This document shows positions 42,547-58,356 of a DNA stretch of 64,000 bases, one piece after another. Numbering within the stretch: position 1 is the first letter of the stretch; every line of letters begins with the position of its first letter. The DNA is taken from assembly GCA_036172245.1 (NCBI GenBank), contig JAYWIR010000011.1, forward strand, positions 2,170,001 through 2,234,000, read 5' to 3'. This DNA comes from Raillietiella orientalis. Lineage: Eukaryota. The notes beneath the pieces were generated by a model, which did not search any database, was not told the DNA's origin, and saw only the letters and a program-made list of their open reading frames with translations. A program made the translations under genes and the position numbers.

Positions 42547-43140
42547 ATGAGTTCGAAGGACCGCGGCTCAGTTGGAACGAGCGAGGACTGCAAGACGGAA
42601 AGGCCGTCCTATGAGGAGATTGCTTGTCGCGCATCGACCCCGGGGGCGGAGGGGTCGTGCGCGCATTGGGGACTGGATCTCGAGGAGCTGCCTTGGATCG
42701 ACGAGGACGAGGGCCACGTGCAGATCGATCTGTGCTCCGGCGTGCCTGGAGAGGCCTGCGGCACGTTCTGCTCGGCCGGCCCGTCTTCCTGCACGTTGGC
42801 CAAGAGAATGCCTTCGGCTACGCAGGAGGTCCACCCGATTGAAACGGGTCCGTGTGAGTCTGCACCCGAGTCGCCCATCCCGCATTCATCTTCTGGGCAA
42901 GGTGAGAAGGTACTTTTCCTGAATCCGATCTGCCCGCACTGTGGAGAAGCGTGGCTGGACCAGGAAGCAAACAGGACTCCGGACGCCTTCGTTGTCCATG
43001 CCGGGCCCATCTGTCTCCTGGTGGGAGTCCGTGTCGGCCCATCTGAGCCCGAGCACGTGCCGGCGGGAGTCCCGCTCGCCGAGGGCTCGCCGTCCTTGGA
43101 GGAGGGCGTGCGCGCCGCACACGGCGGTGCTTGCTAGGAA
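42547..43140 (+). mobile_element. Decayed Tx1/L1-like ORF1 (gag-like zinc knuckle)
   Basis: Frameshifted RVRVSL..PIPH...G.KVLF..PICPHCGE resembles the ORF1 pattern RxVx...IPxF..G...CxxCxxxGH. Confidence 0.4.
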
Positions 43141-44199
43141 CCAAGCTGCTCCGGAACGGGGGCCGTGAGCAGCTTCGAGCCGCCTGCCAGCGGGAATCTT
43201 AACACGGCTTAGGGTCGACGGGAGCAAGGAACGAACTATCGCTTGAGTCGATTCTCGCTTCGAAGTTTCGGATTGCGGTCTGCACGGTTGACACTGCTTC
43301 GGGGCTTTCCGACCGGCAAGGCAACCATAAAAAAATCCAGTATGCATGGGTGGGGCGGGACGAAAATTCGGCATCCATGGTAACGGACTATTTGGAAATT
43401 GTTTGCTCTCATTTCCACTAACATTCTTGAGGAATGTAGACGCGCTTTTCGGGGCGCGAAGGACCCACCCCAAGTTGGCTGGTGTCGGCGGGAGAAGGCA
43501 TCAGCGATCCCAGTGCTGCCGCGACAGGCCACCGTCGCTACAACGAGCGCCGCCGGGGACATGGAAAGGAAATCCGCCACAGAACTGCAGCTGCGGAGCA
43601 TGGACCAGGGAGAAGAGGCGCTGCACCGACGTTACGTGGAGCGCACTGGAGCCGAGCGCCATGGTCGTTGCACGCAAAGACGCGGCGAGCGACCTGCAAG
43701 GTGAGTCTCGCGGAATCGCACTCGAGGCAATTCTGACGCGGGTCTACGACGTGGATCTCTACGACAGGGGGTTCCTCTTCGGAAGCCCTCGATCCTCTTC
43801 CGATGCTAGTTCAACAGCCCCATCCTCCTTTTTTCTTTTCTTTCCCGCCCCTTCCACGCTCGATGAGAAATCGCCTTCTCGCGTCAGCGTCCTCTCTCGG
43901 AGACTAACTGGACCTATCTTTCAGGAACACGCGATTCCGTCATCATGACATCCAAAGGGTCCTCCGTAGCCCTCCTGCGCCTCGATTCCTCCGCCCTCTC
44001 CTTTCATCCCTTCATCCCGAGTCCAGGAATGCCAGAGACCATCCACTGTGTGCTGTTCAGAACGGGCAGCAGAACGCATCTGAAGAAGGAAACAGAAGTA
44101 AAGCAGTCCTCCCTTTTGACCCCATTCCCCATAACCCTGCCATCCTTGAGACATTCCACCTTCCATTTTATCCTTCTATTTTTTAAATGATTGTGGCTA

Positions 44200-45713
44200 A
44201 GAGCACGAAACGAAGCCACCATTCCATTCGAGCGAGGTCGCTTGGATGCCCACTCCACACGAAGACTCCATGTTGAGCAGCAGGCAGGGCTGTTGCCAGG
44301 TGACAGCGCGTACAGCGAAGCAGAGCCGCTGCAGGGCAGCTACAAGACGCTCGCACGCACTCCGAAGGGCAGGCCGCTTCGGCAGTAGATAAGTGGGGTT
44401 TCGCTTTCCTTGCACCGGACACAGTCCGGAACCGCAACTCCTTCGTCCACTGTTCGACGTCGTTCGACGTTGCTCTCGTCTTTTGCATCTTCCTCAGCAT
44501 GGAAAACTGTACAAAGATCTTTGGAACATCGGACTGAGACTGAAAGAGCAAGGCTCACGCGGGAGGTTTTGCAAGCAAGAGACAGACGGCGCCGTGGAAT
44601 TTCTCTCGCGCGATCACCGTGCGCTGCTGGCGTACGGCCATGAGGTGGACGAAACACAGCTCTCCTGAGACGCCTGTTTGCTGCTGAGGAGCGAAGAGAA
44701 GGAAGTGGATGCGAACGCGGCGGCCACAAGCACTCCCTAACGACCCTCGTCACACACATCGAGAACATCCGGTGGGGGCGCCAGCAAAGAGTTTTCGGGG
44801 TGCTGAACACCTCGGCGGGACGACGCCAGTGGTCGGTCGTTGTAAGCTCTGCAAGTTGCAGGTTGAATATCCTCTGCATGAGGTCTGATGGCTTCACGTC
44901 CTCTGATTCTCCGAGGCCAACGATGAAGAGTGCAACCCACGCGATGAGGGTATTCGGATCACTGGAGCTCTTTGCTATTCGAAAACTCGCTGGAACCTTA
45001 GCATACACGTAGCCAGTTGCCCACTGGCGGCGGACTGGGAGTCTCCTGCACAGGAAAAAACGCAACTCGTCTGGTTAAAACACGCTTGAGCTTCTGGATG
45101 CCGCCAATCCTAGTGCGTCTGCGAACGGGCTCCCTCGGTGGAGTGAGTTCCCTCGAAGAACTTGTGGTCTCTCCCTTCCGTTCGAACACCTCGATGTCTC
45201 CCATCAAATAGAAGCACGAAGTATGACTGGGTTTGTACTGGGGTTCTGCACTGGGTTTTCACTGGGGTTCGGTGCCATCAGTGCTGTCACCTCGTCTCCT
45301 GGAGGAGCTGCATCTCCGAACTGTCCTGCAGACGCACTCCCCAGTCGCCTACGTGAGGACGGCTGCAGGTGACCTCGTCTAGGAGTGCCAGTGAGGGCGG
45401 ACACCTCTGGCCTCCAGCGCCGGTTCCAAGTGCCCTCTGTTTCTTCCCATTTGCTTATTATTTTTAATTAGCTCCGGACCTTTCAACGGTTTTTTTCTTC
45501 CTCAAGGAGGAACAATACCAAAGACCCTTGCCCCATCCTTTCTGAATTCCCACATCTATTTGTTGTCCCTTCCCTCCCGTTCCTTCCCTGTCCCTTCTGT
45601 TCTGGACTTCTAGGCCCTCACGCTGAAATTTTTTTGTCATCGGCTGAGAACCAGCGTGTTCCTAACTGGTTCCCTTTTATCAAATAAACGTCCCAACGTG
45701 ACCGGGTGATAAA
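44200..45713 (+). mobile_element. Tx1/L1-like LINE, 3' part of ORF2 and 3' UTR
   Basis: ELFAIRKLAGTL (cf. FxxLHxGTLPV), SCPL..ES, FW, YDWVCTGVLHW. Pyrimidine-rich UTR with AATAAA at 45683 and terminal CCGGGTGATAAA shared with the copy ending at 47340. Confidence 0.55.
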
Positions 45714-45719
45714 TGTTCA

Positions 45720-48700
45720 GCCAGGCCATGTTGCGAGAAAAGAAGAATTCAGTGTGAATCTGTGGTCGATTTCGGAGCGATAAAGAAGGTAATCAGCAAC
45801 TCCTTCAGTCTTCCGATTTCCATCTCAGCAAAGCAAATATCTCCATAGTGATCCTGCGTCTCATCATTCGTCTCTTACGGTCATCTTGGTCAAGCGGCAT
45901 GAGGATGTGCGAAGTACGCGTCACGGTGGAACCTTTCTTATTGTGAGTCTCCACTCCTCCGCATCGACATCTCTCGAACTGAGTGATGCGTTCGTTGCCG
46001 CAAGGATCAACTCGTTGATCGTTCTTGAGACAGGTTCTAGATTCTGCTGCGGAGTCTCTGAGTGGATAAATATCGTGTGTGTACCAACATTTTCGTGGCG
46101 AAACTTCAAGCTCCTAACGTTTCACCTCGTCAGCTCCGTGCTCCTGGTAAAGCCTCCGGCGTTGCTCTAGAACGGAGAGTGTCTTGAGACGATAGCCGCA
46201 CAGCTGCCCTAACTTAGATGGAAGATACTACGTCTTGGGCTAGTTACACCTCGAGCATGGTGGGGTGTACAGTCATTTGTCTAGCTCGCGGGATGCGGAC
46301 TGTTTATGCTCGCAACTCTTGACAAAACGGCTTAGAAGAATGCTTGCTAAGGAACTTCGTCCAATCCAAGCGCGAATTCTCCGATCTTCCTACACTGAGA
46401 TCTGTAGACCTGTGGATCGTAGCTCGAGCTTCAACTAAAGCTATGTGGAGGTGCTTGCATTTCAAGGGCTCACTCTCGAGAGGCGCTGTTCTGGATCATC
46501 TCGGTGTTGAAGTTTGATCGTTCCTCGGGACACCAGGAGGCGACAGTAGCTAAGGACGAGCTCTAGGACGGCCTTTGCCTCCAATGCTCCTGTTGCCGTA
46601 GAATGTCCGTGTCTCCCACTTCCACATGCTGCAAAGTTTCAGTTCCTGGTTAACGAAACCAAATCTTCCGCATCGATTCTGCCTGTTATTGTGTAAGGTT
46701 TTCCAGTTGATGGATGTCATAAAAACGGAAGTCTCCATAACGCTCAGCCGATGGAGCTTCGTTTTCCTGCTCACCAATTGCTCATTGCGCTTGCATCCAA
46801 TGAAATGATCGTCGGCTGTGCAGCCGGTGGAAGTGTCTTCTCGAAACTCTCGAACACTGTATTGAAGAAGGTCGTTATTACGACGCAACAGGCGGATGGA
46901 GCTTCTTCACGCCAGGCGGCCTGTCTTTAGGTGCTCTCGTTCCAGCCGTGTGTTGCACCCGCGCCATCGACAAGGCCCACCGAGAGTTGGAGAAGCTGTC
47001 CATCCTTCGTCAGCTCACCGGATTAGCCAGCGAGAGCATGTCGTAGGCTGCCGAGTGGGCCCATCTACCAGAGGGCGTTAGGAGAGAGATCGCCGGCATT
47101 CATCGCCGCTTCTGAAAGGAAGGTACGGCCGTACCAAAGACCCCTGTCCCCTGCCCTCCATATTTTTATTTATATTTTTTGTACTGGTGTATTTGTGGTC
47201 CCCTTCCTCCCGTTTCGGACTTTTGGTATACCGACCTGCGTGTCGGGGATCCCACCCCCTTCGTCTTCTCTGTATCCTTTGTCCGGGAACTCTGTTCCCG
47301 GATAGTTTTTCAATAAACGCCCCGCCGCACCCGGGTGATAAACAGGCGGATGGAGTTTCGACGGTTTTCCTCGACAGCTCTGAGGCGACTTTCGATCGAT
47401 TCGTTCTCATTCGCGTCCACAACTCCACCATGTCCAATTTTGGTTAATATCATTTTGTCTCGTAACCTGGGCCAAGGAAAAGAAGATTGGCGGCTGCCGC
47501 GAGATTGCACCTGCAGCCGAGTTCTTTTGCGGTTTTGAGTATCCGTTCCGCGTTGCCTGGGGGAAATGGCCGCTAACTGCCCCTGCAGAAATTCAGGTCG
47601 AGTCCACCAGTTAACTGTGGATCGAAATCAACGCCGAAGTCGGAGCCAACTGTGCTCTCTTCACTTCGTCCACGGTGATGACTTGAGCACCTAGGAATCC
47701 GCGTCGATACAAGGGGAATATTTCTCGAGAGAGAACACCGCGTTTTCTGGATACTCCGATTTTCGATGCGGAACGACCAGTCGTTCCGTTCACCGCGGTG
47801 CCTTCCCTGTCGGCGCGCAATGCGTTCTCAGTCCAGTTGCCAGCCTGACCAAAGCGATTGTGTATTTCCATAATTATAATCAAGGATACTGTATTACCAG
47901 GACCGGATGAGCCGGTAAAGAATATTCGAAGCGGTTTCCTATTCTGATCCGACTTCTAATTTTGAAAACGAATTCTCTCTGTTCCCTATCCGTCAGTCGT
48001 ACCAGTCTTACAGTACTCTTCGCTTGACATGACCTTCCCCCGCTTTCGAGCAACAGCCGATAGAGAGTCCGCGGATCGTTGATTCGATGCCGTCGTCATT
48101 TTTCTGGCAGCTATTCGAGATTTTCCCAGCTGCCCTGCTCCGGACGTACTCTTCGTTCTCTGCTCGCGCATTTTCTTCGTCCATCTCAACGCGCTGCTTT
48201 CTGCGACACTCCAATGTCTTGTCAACGTCGATGTCGGACGCGTATCGCTCTCTACAATACTGCACTCTCCATCCTCATTGCACCTTTGCAGAAACTCATC
48301 TCAGACTGAAATGTTAACCGTCTCATCCTAAAACGGACAGTGGAGTGAAACTTTCCTCTTTTGCATTCGGATCATTCAGGCATCTCCTTATGATGGGGTC
48401 GAATGATCATCTCTTTTCGAATCTCGTGCGGCTTCTTGATGATCCTTTATTTCGAGACAGAATCCGCCAAATAAGTTTTCTTCAGTTCTCCTTGTTTTGG
48501 ACGACTCTCGCATCTCTGAGTGATGTTCTTCGTTGTACATCTCAGTTGAATCATTTTCTATATTCTCTTCGGTCATTCTTTTCCTGGTTTTCTCACTCTT
48601 TTTTCTTCAATGTTGCAAAGCTTTGGGCAACATGAAAGCACTCCCCCGCCCGCTTCAGGTTATCGAAGCAGATGCAGCCTTCTGGGCACTCATCTCAACT

Positions 48701-49250
48701 CTAGTAAACATTTCAATACTTACCCGTTTCTAATGATCGGTTTAGTCTAGATCAGGAAACTCTTCTTGCAATCGGATATTCCTTCATGGAGACGACTGAT
48801 GCATCCGTCGGTTTTGTGGACTCATTCGACTGCATATGAATGCTCTTCCAAAACGAACTGCAAATTTATGGTGAAATTCCATGTTGAGACTACTCATGGA
48901 TTCAAAGTTTTAGAACAGAGTTTATCCATAATTCCTTTCGTTACAACTGTAGTCTAGTCAGTCCCGAGCAGATGATGTTCAAATACGTTTTCATGGCGAT
49001 GCCGTGTTCACCAAGAACAGGATCAAGCAGCCTGTCATGCTTTTCTTCCCCATCTTCCTCCAGCTCTTTAGATTTCTGCTTCAAATCCGTTCTGTGATTG
49101 CACCAAGAATTCAACGTTAAGGTTAAGGTTTTCCTTTTTGTTAAGGTTTTCCTTTCCTCCACTGACCAATCTGAGGTGTTGAGTCCGCATCTGTCGTCAT
49201 CTCTCTTGCAACAAGTGACTGCATTCCTCCCCTTTTCCTTCGCTGCCAAC
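45720..49250 (-). mobile_element. Helitron/Helentron remnant: Rep C-terminus, PIF1 helicase, AP-endonuclease-like tail (pseudogenised, interrupted)
   Basis: LQFVLEEHSYAVE*VHKT..VEMSAQKAA (Rep-linker); LRIFFTGSSGPGNT (Walker A-like); VITVDEV (Walker B); GGLDL; QVTRQND.ILTKIGHG..IESR..IRL; ADDHFIGCKRNEQ..KLHRLS; MTVH..SRATPEAL; YGDICFAE..FFIAP. Confidence 0.8.
46902..47340 (+). mobile_element. 5'-truncated Tx1/L1-like insertion with a 15-bp target-site duplication
   Basis: AACAGGCGGATGGAG occurs at both 46887-46901 and 47341-47355. The insert ends AATAAA...CCGGGTGATA(AA). Its CCTRAI reading matches CCIRAI in the 58.6-kb copy. Confidence 0.85.
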
Positions 49251-49329
49251 AGCGAACGAAGTTTGCAATGGACCGGAATTCTTCTTACGGGACGAAAACG
49301 AATCTCGCCGCAGGGCAACGAACAAGGTT

Positions 49330-50950
49330 CTTCCAATGCCGCTGAATCGGGAGGAAACGCCCCCGGGATGTGAGCAAGCGTTGGAGCTTTTCACTGCCTG
49401 CGGATTCGGAGTCGAAGAAAGCAGGTAGCCAGGCGCCAAGATACACTGAACGCAGTTAGGAGTGGAACGGCATCCCCGCCGCGATGGGATGGTGCTCTTT
49501 TCTACCTGTTTTTCGCACTGACTGAGCATGAAGGTGCAACTGGAATGGAAGCAGCAGGAGGAGAGCTGAGAGTACATGAGGAGTATCAAAGTGAACGTGT
49601 CCAGTTCTGAAATGCACGAAATCTTCAGTAATAAGCTTCCTGAAATGTCGTCCCGTGACCGCGTGCGTTACTTGTCGGCTCGGCAAATCCTTTGCGGACG
49701 GACAGTGGAGAATTCGCAAAAGGGAGCATTCTGGTTTACTTACTCCATTTTCTCCGTTCGCATAGCGGTCCCTCGAACGCCACTGGGCAGGAACATTCCA
49801 CTTGCTTATCGGACTTCAGTTTGCATTTTCCACCGTTCGTGCATGGACATCCTGAAGCGAAACGAACGAGCATAGAGGAGGAAGGTTCCTTATTTGTTCT
49901 GTGATTTCTTAGAACGGCATGGAGTCTCAGCGCGGCGAGGGCTTCCGCAAGGGAACAGGGAAACCAAGCTTTCCTTTGTACTAAATGGGAAGCGGCCTTT
50001 CCGGCTGTTCCCTTTGCCCGAGGCGGATGGGTCGATAAGCAGATCATCGCGCCCGATTTCCCCCTGGTGGCACTTTGCAACGAGAGTGACAGAGGACCGG
50101 TCCCTCAGAGGCCAACTTACTGCACACGGAGAGTCCCGTGCCTTGTCCTTCATGCAAAGGTTTTTGCAGTCTGATGTCTTGCATCCGCAATCTTCCAGGT
50201 AGGGTGCTTGTAGGCGCTGCACTGGCAGGGAGAGCGGCTTAACATTCCCAAATCCTCTTTTGTGGCGAGTGCAAGCAGCCATGGAGGTCATTACCGCACT
50301 TCCTGAAGCCCGTAGACGAAACCAGTAAGCAGGTACGGCTGGCACACTGATCGTTCGCCTCTCAGACACAGTCATCGAAGAGATGCAACCCCGTGCACGC
50401 AACTAATCGCGATGAGCAGCGGAAAATGAAAGAGTGTAGCCGTTGCTTCCAAGGATTTCGCAGAAACACGTCCTCAAGGGAAGCCTAATTCCACAAGTGA
50501 AAGATTTGGCAACGGCAGGTTCCATGCGGCGGAAAATCCTTGAATCATGCGTGATTTACAGATGCTGGCGCAACTGGCTCGCGCATCCCCCCAAAGAGGA
50601 CTTTCGTGTCCTTGGGGCAGATGCAATCCATCCGAAGTCCTAAAGAAGAAAACGAGTGGTTGCCACACTTGGAAGTCTTCGTTTCCTCCGCGGAGGAAAC
50701 ACTTCAAGTCCACACTAATAGTTCTTCCTTGCAGTCTTCATAAACAAATAATTTTATCTCCACATAAACAAATAATGGATAGCAGAAGTCATGTTAACCG
50801 AGAGGAGCACAAGTCTGCCTCAGCCTTTTCATGAGGTCTCCGTCGAGAGGCAGCAACGACATCATTCCCTGGCAACAGCCTGCGCGCCTTAGGATATCTC
50901 ATCCAGTTTCCAGCACAACAAATCACAAAGAACTTTTTGCAGTGTTTCGT
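49330..50950 (-). pseudogene. Degenerate LDL-receptor-family (LRP1/LRP2-like) YWTD-EGF fragment
   Basis: Clear EGF motif CPCTNGGKC...VECSCPVAFEGPLCE (~49757-49849). Upstream LHLPQG..LWGD..SICKSRM and YW..CKNLCM resemble the end of a YWTD propeller; further broken EGF-like pieces lie downstream. Frames are disrupted. Confidence 0.5.
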
Positions 50951-51885
50951 GTTCATTACAACACAGTCCATGGAGTATCTCTTAAGGTAAGCAATTCGAG
51001 CCAACTTTCAGTGTAAAAAATGTTTCTTGAATAGGATGTCTTTTGGCAGCATATAGTTTAGTATTAGGATCTTCCTTAATTTGATCCTTTGATTGATGAA
51101 TCCTTTCAATGATCAGTACCAATGCTTTCATCGGTTTGATTGATTTCCATTATATTTGAAGAGCCATCTAAACCTAATGTTGAGTAAGCATGCTTTCTTT
51201 TTACGATGTGTGTCCTGCTTATTTCTATTTATGGTGTGCATGAGATTTGTCTTGCTTACATGGAGTTTCTCCTATACTCTTCTCTGATCTTTGTTTTAAA
51301 GTTTTCGACCCCTGTTCCTGATTTCACGCAATATGCCTACACACTGCAAGTCAGGAGACTGTGCAAATTAATTCATCTATTTCACTGAAATAAAAAATCA
51401 CATGGTTAATAATTATCATGAATTGCATGCATAATCACACAGAAAACAAATATCCTTGCAGTATTTACTAATGAGTTACATTGGTTTCTGAACTAAACTG
51501 TGCCGCAGTTCATGTTAGTTGCACATAGGAATTCACAGAAATTTTAAACTAGTATGCATTTTTGTTATTTGAAGAAACAGGGAAATTTGTAACGAATCTG
51601 TTGATGACATTTTAGGATTTTCATGTGTCTTCAGGATGGCTTGTGTACTTGTAGTTGCCAAGGCACCTTTTTTTTCTTTTTTGGCCTTTGTGTGTGTTGA
51701 GAACGCGATTTCATGTTTTAAGAAATTGGCACGAAGTCGGAATGCGTGCGATGCTTTGATGTTTGAAGGCATAATGTATCAATATTTTTGATCATGCTTA
51801 AATATGGGAATCCCCTTCGAACACCTCATTATTGTGGTTTCTTTTCCACCGAAAAGGAGTTTGTTGCTGGGTGTCGAAACTAAAC

Positions 51886-52768
51886 ATGCAAAAATTAACT
51901 GCATCTATGAGGCGTAATTTCCAAAGTCGACTTAGCCTATTGCAAAAGAGCGTAACCGCCGAATACAGATGTGCCACTAATATAATTAAACAAACGAGTC
52001 GAAATAAACCAAAAATGTAAGTAAACTAAATTTATGTGGATATGGAAAGTGAAAGAATTGCAAATGTGAAATTAAACCGTTGACAATTTGAAAGATAAAA
52101 CAGTGAAGAATTAAATGTCGTTCACATTTCACAGCCATCATTAGCTGGAAATTGTTTTGTTCAGATTTTATCAAACAGCGAGATTCTTTGATGTTGACAA
52201 AGATAGGACGAAATTATTTTTTCTTAATGAAGATACGGACGATAGACTGTTGATTGACGGATACACACAGGTCTGCTAAAAAGCAAAAACATGTAAACAC
52301 ACTTCTAGTTACGGCTTGTTAGATTGGATTTACATTGAATGTTGGATTTGGTGTTTGGGGCCCCATGGCCATTTTCCCAAGAACGGCACTATCATGGTCA
52401 GTTCAAAAATGGGAAGAGGTTAATGCAGCTTCACTTTCTTTATTTTTGCTTTTGCAACCAACTCTAGGTAAATTCACAATATGCTTATATCTTGCATTAA
52501 TTCATACTTTGCAGATGTATTAGTACTAGGTTCAGGAAATACAAAGCAAAATTTGTTGACTGACTTGAAACAACTTTTACAAAAGCAGAAGATTCATGTT
52601 GAAGTATTGCCCACAGATCAAGCATGTGGAGTGTTTAATTTTCTGAATGCAGAACAACGTTTTGTGGGAGCTGGTCTTTTGCCAATGACCACTGCAAGGC
52701 CTACTTTGGATGAGAGGGCATTTCAGGATATGAGATCTAAGCAAAAGCTTTTGGATGAAAACTACTAG
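51886..52768 (+). CDS. NDUFAF3: Complex I assembly factor NDUFAF3 (Mth938-like), 4 exons
   Basis: Exons 51886-52016, 52165-52270, 52323-52467, 52515-52768. LLIDGYTQ|IGFTLNVG..VWGPMAIFPRTALSW..SLSLFLLLQP..VEVLPTDQACGVFNFLNAEQRFVGAGLLP. Start codon inferred. Confidence 0.93.
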
Positions 52769-52782
52769 GGAATATATGCAAG

Positions 52783-55566
<2,784 letters not shown>

Positions 55567-58356
55567 AATTAAAAACTCGAAAAACTCCTTGTTTTAGGCA
55601 TAAACAAGACCAAATAACTTTATTTTTGCGAAAACAATTTTCCACCCAATATGTACACATAAATCTGGAAATCAGAAAATTCGGTTGCTAAATTAACGCA
55701 CACTTTTTTATGGAAATGGCAAATATTCAACCTCATGATTCACTTTGAGCTTATTTCACGGGATATCCAAACTATATCTCAACTTAATGACACAGGCATC
55801 CACACGGAACCGCTACCCCTGTCGAGGGCGTATAGGGTGGAAAACCCCTTACTAGTTCACACTTGGACTTGCAAAACTACATGCTAACAAAACACACGCC
55901 TGCATGCGAAATCTTCTGTGCGTTACAAAGCAAAGAATGTAGTCCCACTAAGACAACGGTTCGTAATCCTTCCTAATGTAGCACTCGTTCACGACTAAAT
56001 CCATGTTTAAATCGAAATGCATAAAGTTTTTCCCATCCTTTTGGCATGTTAAGACACCGAACTCTTGACACAGGCACTTCCCTTACAAGAACCCTGTCAG
56101 AAAAAAGTGCAGGAACGACAGGGTGCCCCCTCGAACATCAGCCATCGTTGCATTCCTAACGAAATTACAAGAGAGGTGTAACATCATTCCCACTGTCTTG
56201 GGAATCCAATGAAATCATTTATTCCAAAACTTCAAAAAGCTGAGGGTACTCGGCCAATGATTGTAAGAAGTCGGGTACTCCTACACTTATACGAAAACAA
56301 CATATCTTGAGAGTTAAATACAACTTGATTTCGAGGAAACTCACTCGATGCTACTACTATCTAGGAAGCTTTCAAGAAAAAAGAGAACACTTGAAAACGA
56401 AATATGGTGGACAATAAAGCGCTCAACAAACACTGCTCGTGTTTTGTTTTGTTTTCCGCTTTCTCTCTCTCTCTCTCTCCCATTCAGAAACAAGAACCTA
56501 GGAAAAATATGCATCATATTTTCCCCAAAGATTAACATCCACTGTCATCATATTTTCCATGTGTTGACAGTGGATAAAAGCATGTGTTTTTTTTTGATTC
56601 CTTCGATTTCATGTACGATTAATCCTAAAACCATGACTTGCACCTATTAGGCTTTTACAATAATATAAGTCGATCAACACGGTTTTACTTAGGGATGAAT
56701 ATAGCAATGCATAGACATGCCATATTCGTTCATAAGTAAAATTAAATGAAAAATGAATTCATGATAACAAATGCAAAATATTAAAGATTATTTGTGATTT
56801 TATGTAATCATGACAGTTCATTCATTCAGATGTTTGTTCATAGCAGAAATGTCCATAATGAGGCACGAAACAAGGGAAAAACAGAATTTGGTCGCTTTGC
56901 TAAGAAATCTTCAGAGAAGAAAAAAAAACGAAATTTTCTCTTAGTTTGAATATGAAGCAATAGTTTATTCATGGAACTTTTACTTCGTTCATGTGAACAC
57001 TGCAATCAAGGCGGCATCCTCTTAGATTTAGATTATAATCCTGGATAGATTTTGTACACGCTCTTTAAGCGGATAAGCAAAAGTTCCAGGGATTCCTGCT
57101 ATTCTGGTATCTTCAGTTCATGAAATGACAGTAGAATTATTGCAATCTTCCGATATTGGGAATCAAGGAACATACGTTCCCAAGAACACATACTGCCCCA
57201 TTGCACGATATTCCAACATCACTCTGTTTCTGGTGACTTGTCATCAATGGAACTGAAGGGACCAAGCGAATACACCGGGCATGATATCAGTTGGATACTT
57301 TCTTTCTGAGAAGCAACGTTCACACTAAGAAAACAACTGTATCATTTCACCAACTCAGAGAAAAGTTCCTTCTAAGTATTTTGTAATGTTCTCCTTTAAT
57401 ATTTTTTATTGTGTCCGAATCTTTGTGGGACATAATCCTGAACTTCCTCGTAAAAACTTGGATACCTCGCTATTCCTTTCCTGCTACGAAATTAAGAAAC
57501 ATTTAGCTACACTCCACTACGAAACGCTAGCCAGAGCTCCGGCTGGCGATGGAATTTTGAAAAATAACTCAGTGAAAGACTATTCAACAGTCTTTACTGC
57601 TTTGTGAAAACTGTGACTCATTGCACAATTTACAAACTTTTCAATGCAAACATCATTTGAAGTCTTTCACGCAGAAACATGAGCAGGATAAACATGATTT
57701 AAAAGTTTAATTCAGGAAGCATTTTATTCTAGTAATAATTATATCAGACTCTTTAGACAAAATAGAAGGATAATTCTTACTTTTTCGATCATTGATTTGT
57801 ATAAAACACCATTGCTGTTCGTTTTTGAAATGTGTGAAGAAGAGTTTAAGTTTAAGAATATGAAAATTCACTCTATAAAAGCATAAAACAATAACTGTAA
57901 AAATTACTTCAGAAAGCTATTATTCTTGAACTTTCAAATGTATTTATTTTATTTCTTCTAAAGATTTCATGGGATTTTTTCCAGGAGAAAGTGATCTAAA
58001 GTAGCCTTTCAGTATGTCAAATGCATATTCAGCTAGTATGTCTCCTCCAATATCTGTCATTCTGGAAAACTCTTATCTTGATCTCAATAACCTCCTTCAG
58101 GTATGAACATGTTTCTTCTTACTCGTCATCTGGTTATGACATGCATGCGTAAAGCATGGATTCAGCCTATTAAACGTCGTGTTGTTGCAGAACAAACTTC
58201 AGCATCCGAATAAAAGAAACTTTTAAATTCTTTTCCTGCTTCCTCAGCATGGGGTTTCAGTGTGTGAGGTCAAACGAGTATGCACCCTGCATCAAAATGA
58301 AGTCACCCTGCGCGCAAGTGTGTGGCCACACCCCTCCAGTGTAGTGTTCCTCCTGG

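Noticed and set aside
44191..44388. PIF/Harbinger transposase (LLPGDSAYS)
   Set aside because: Single motif only; the surrounding sequence fits the Tx1/L1-like ORF2 3' region better.
46550..46888. RTE-type LINE (TADD, GKGRPRARP)
   Set aside because: The TSD shows this ORF is the direct continuation of the PIF1-like helicase.
37677..51000. Dense overlapping ORFs in the ORF track read as novel genes
   Set aside because: Expected from high GC content in decayed TEs; the recognisable motifs jump between frames.
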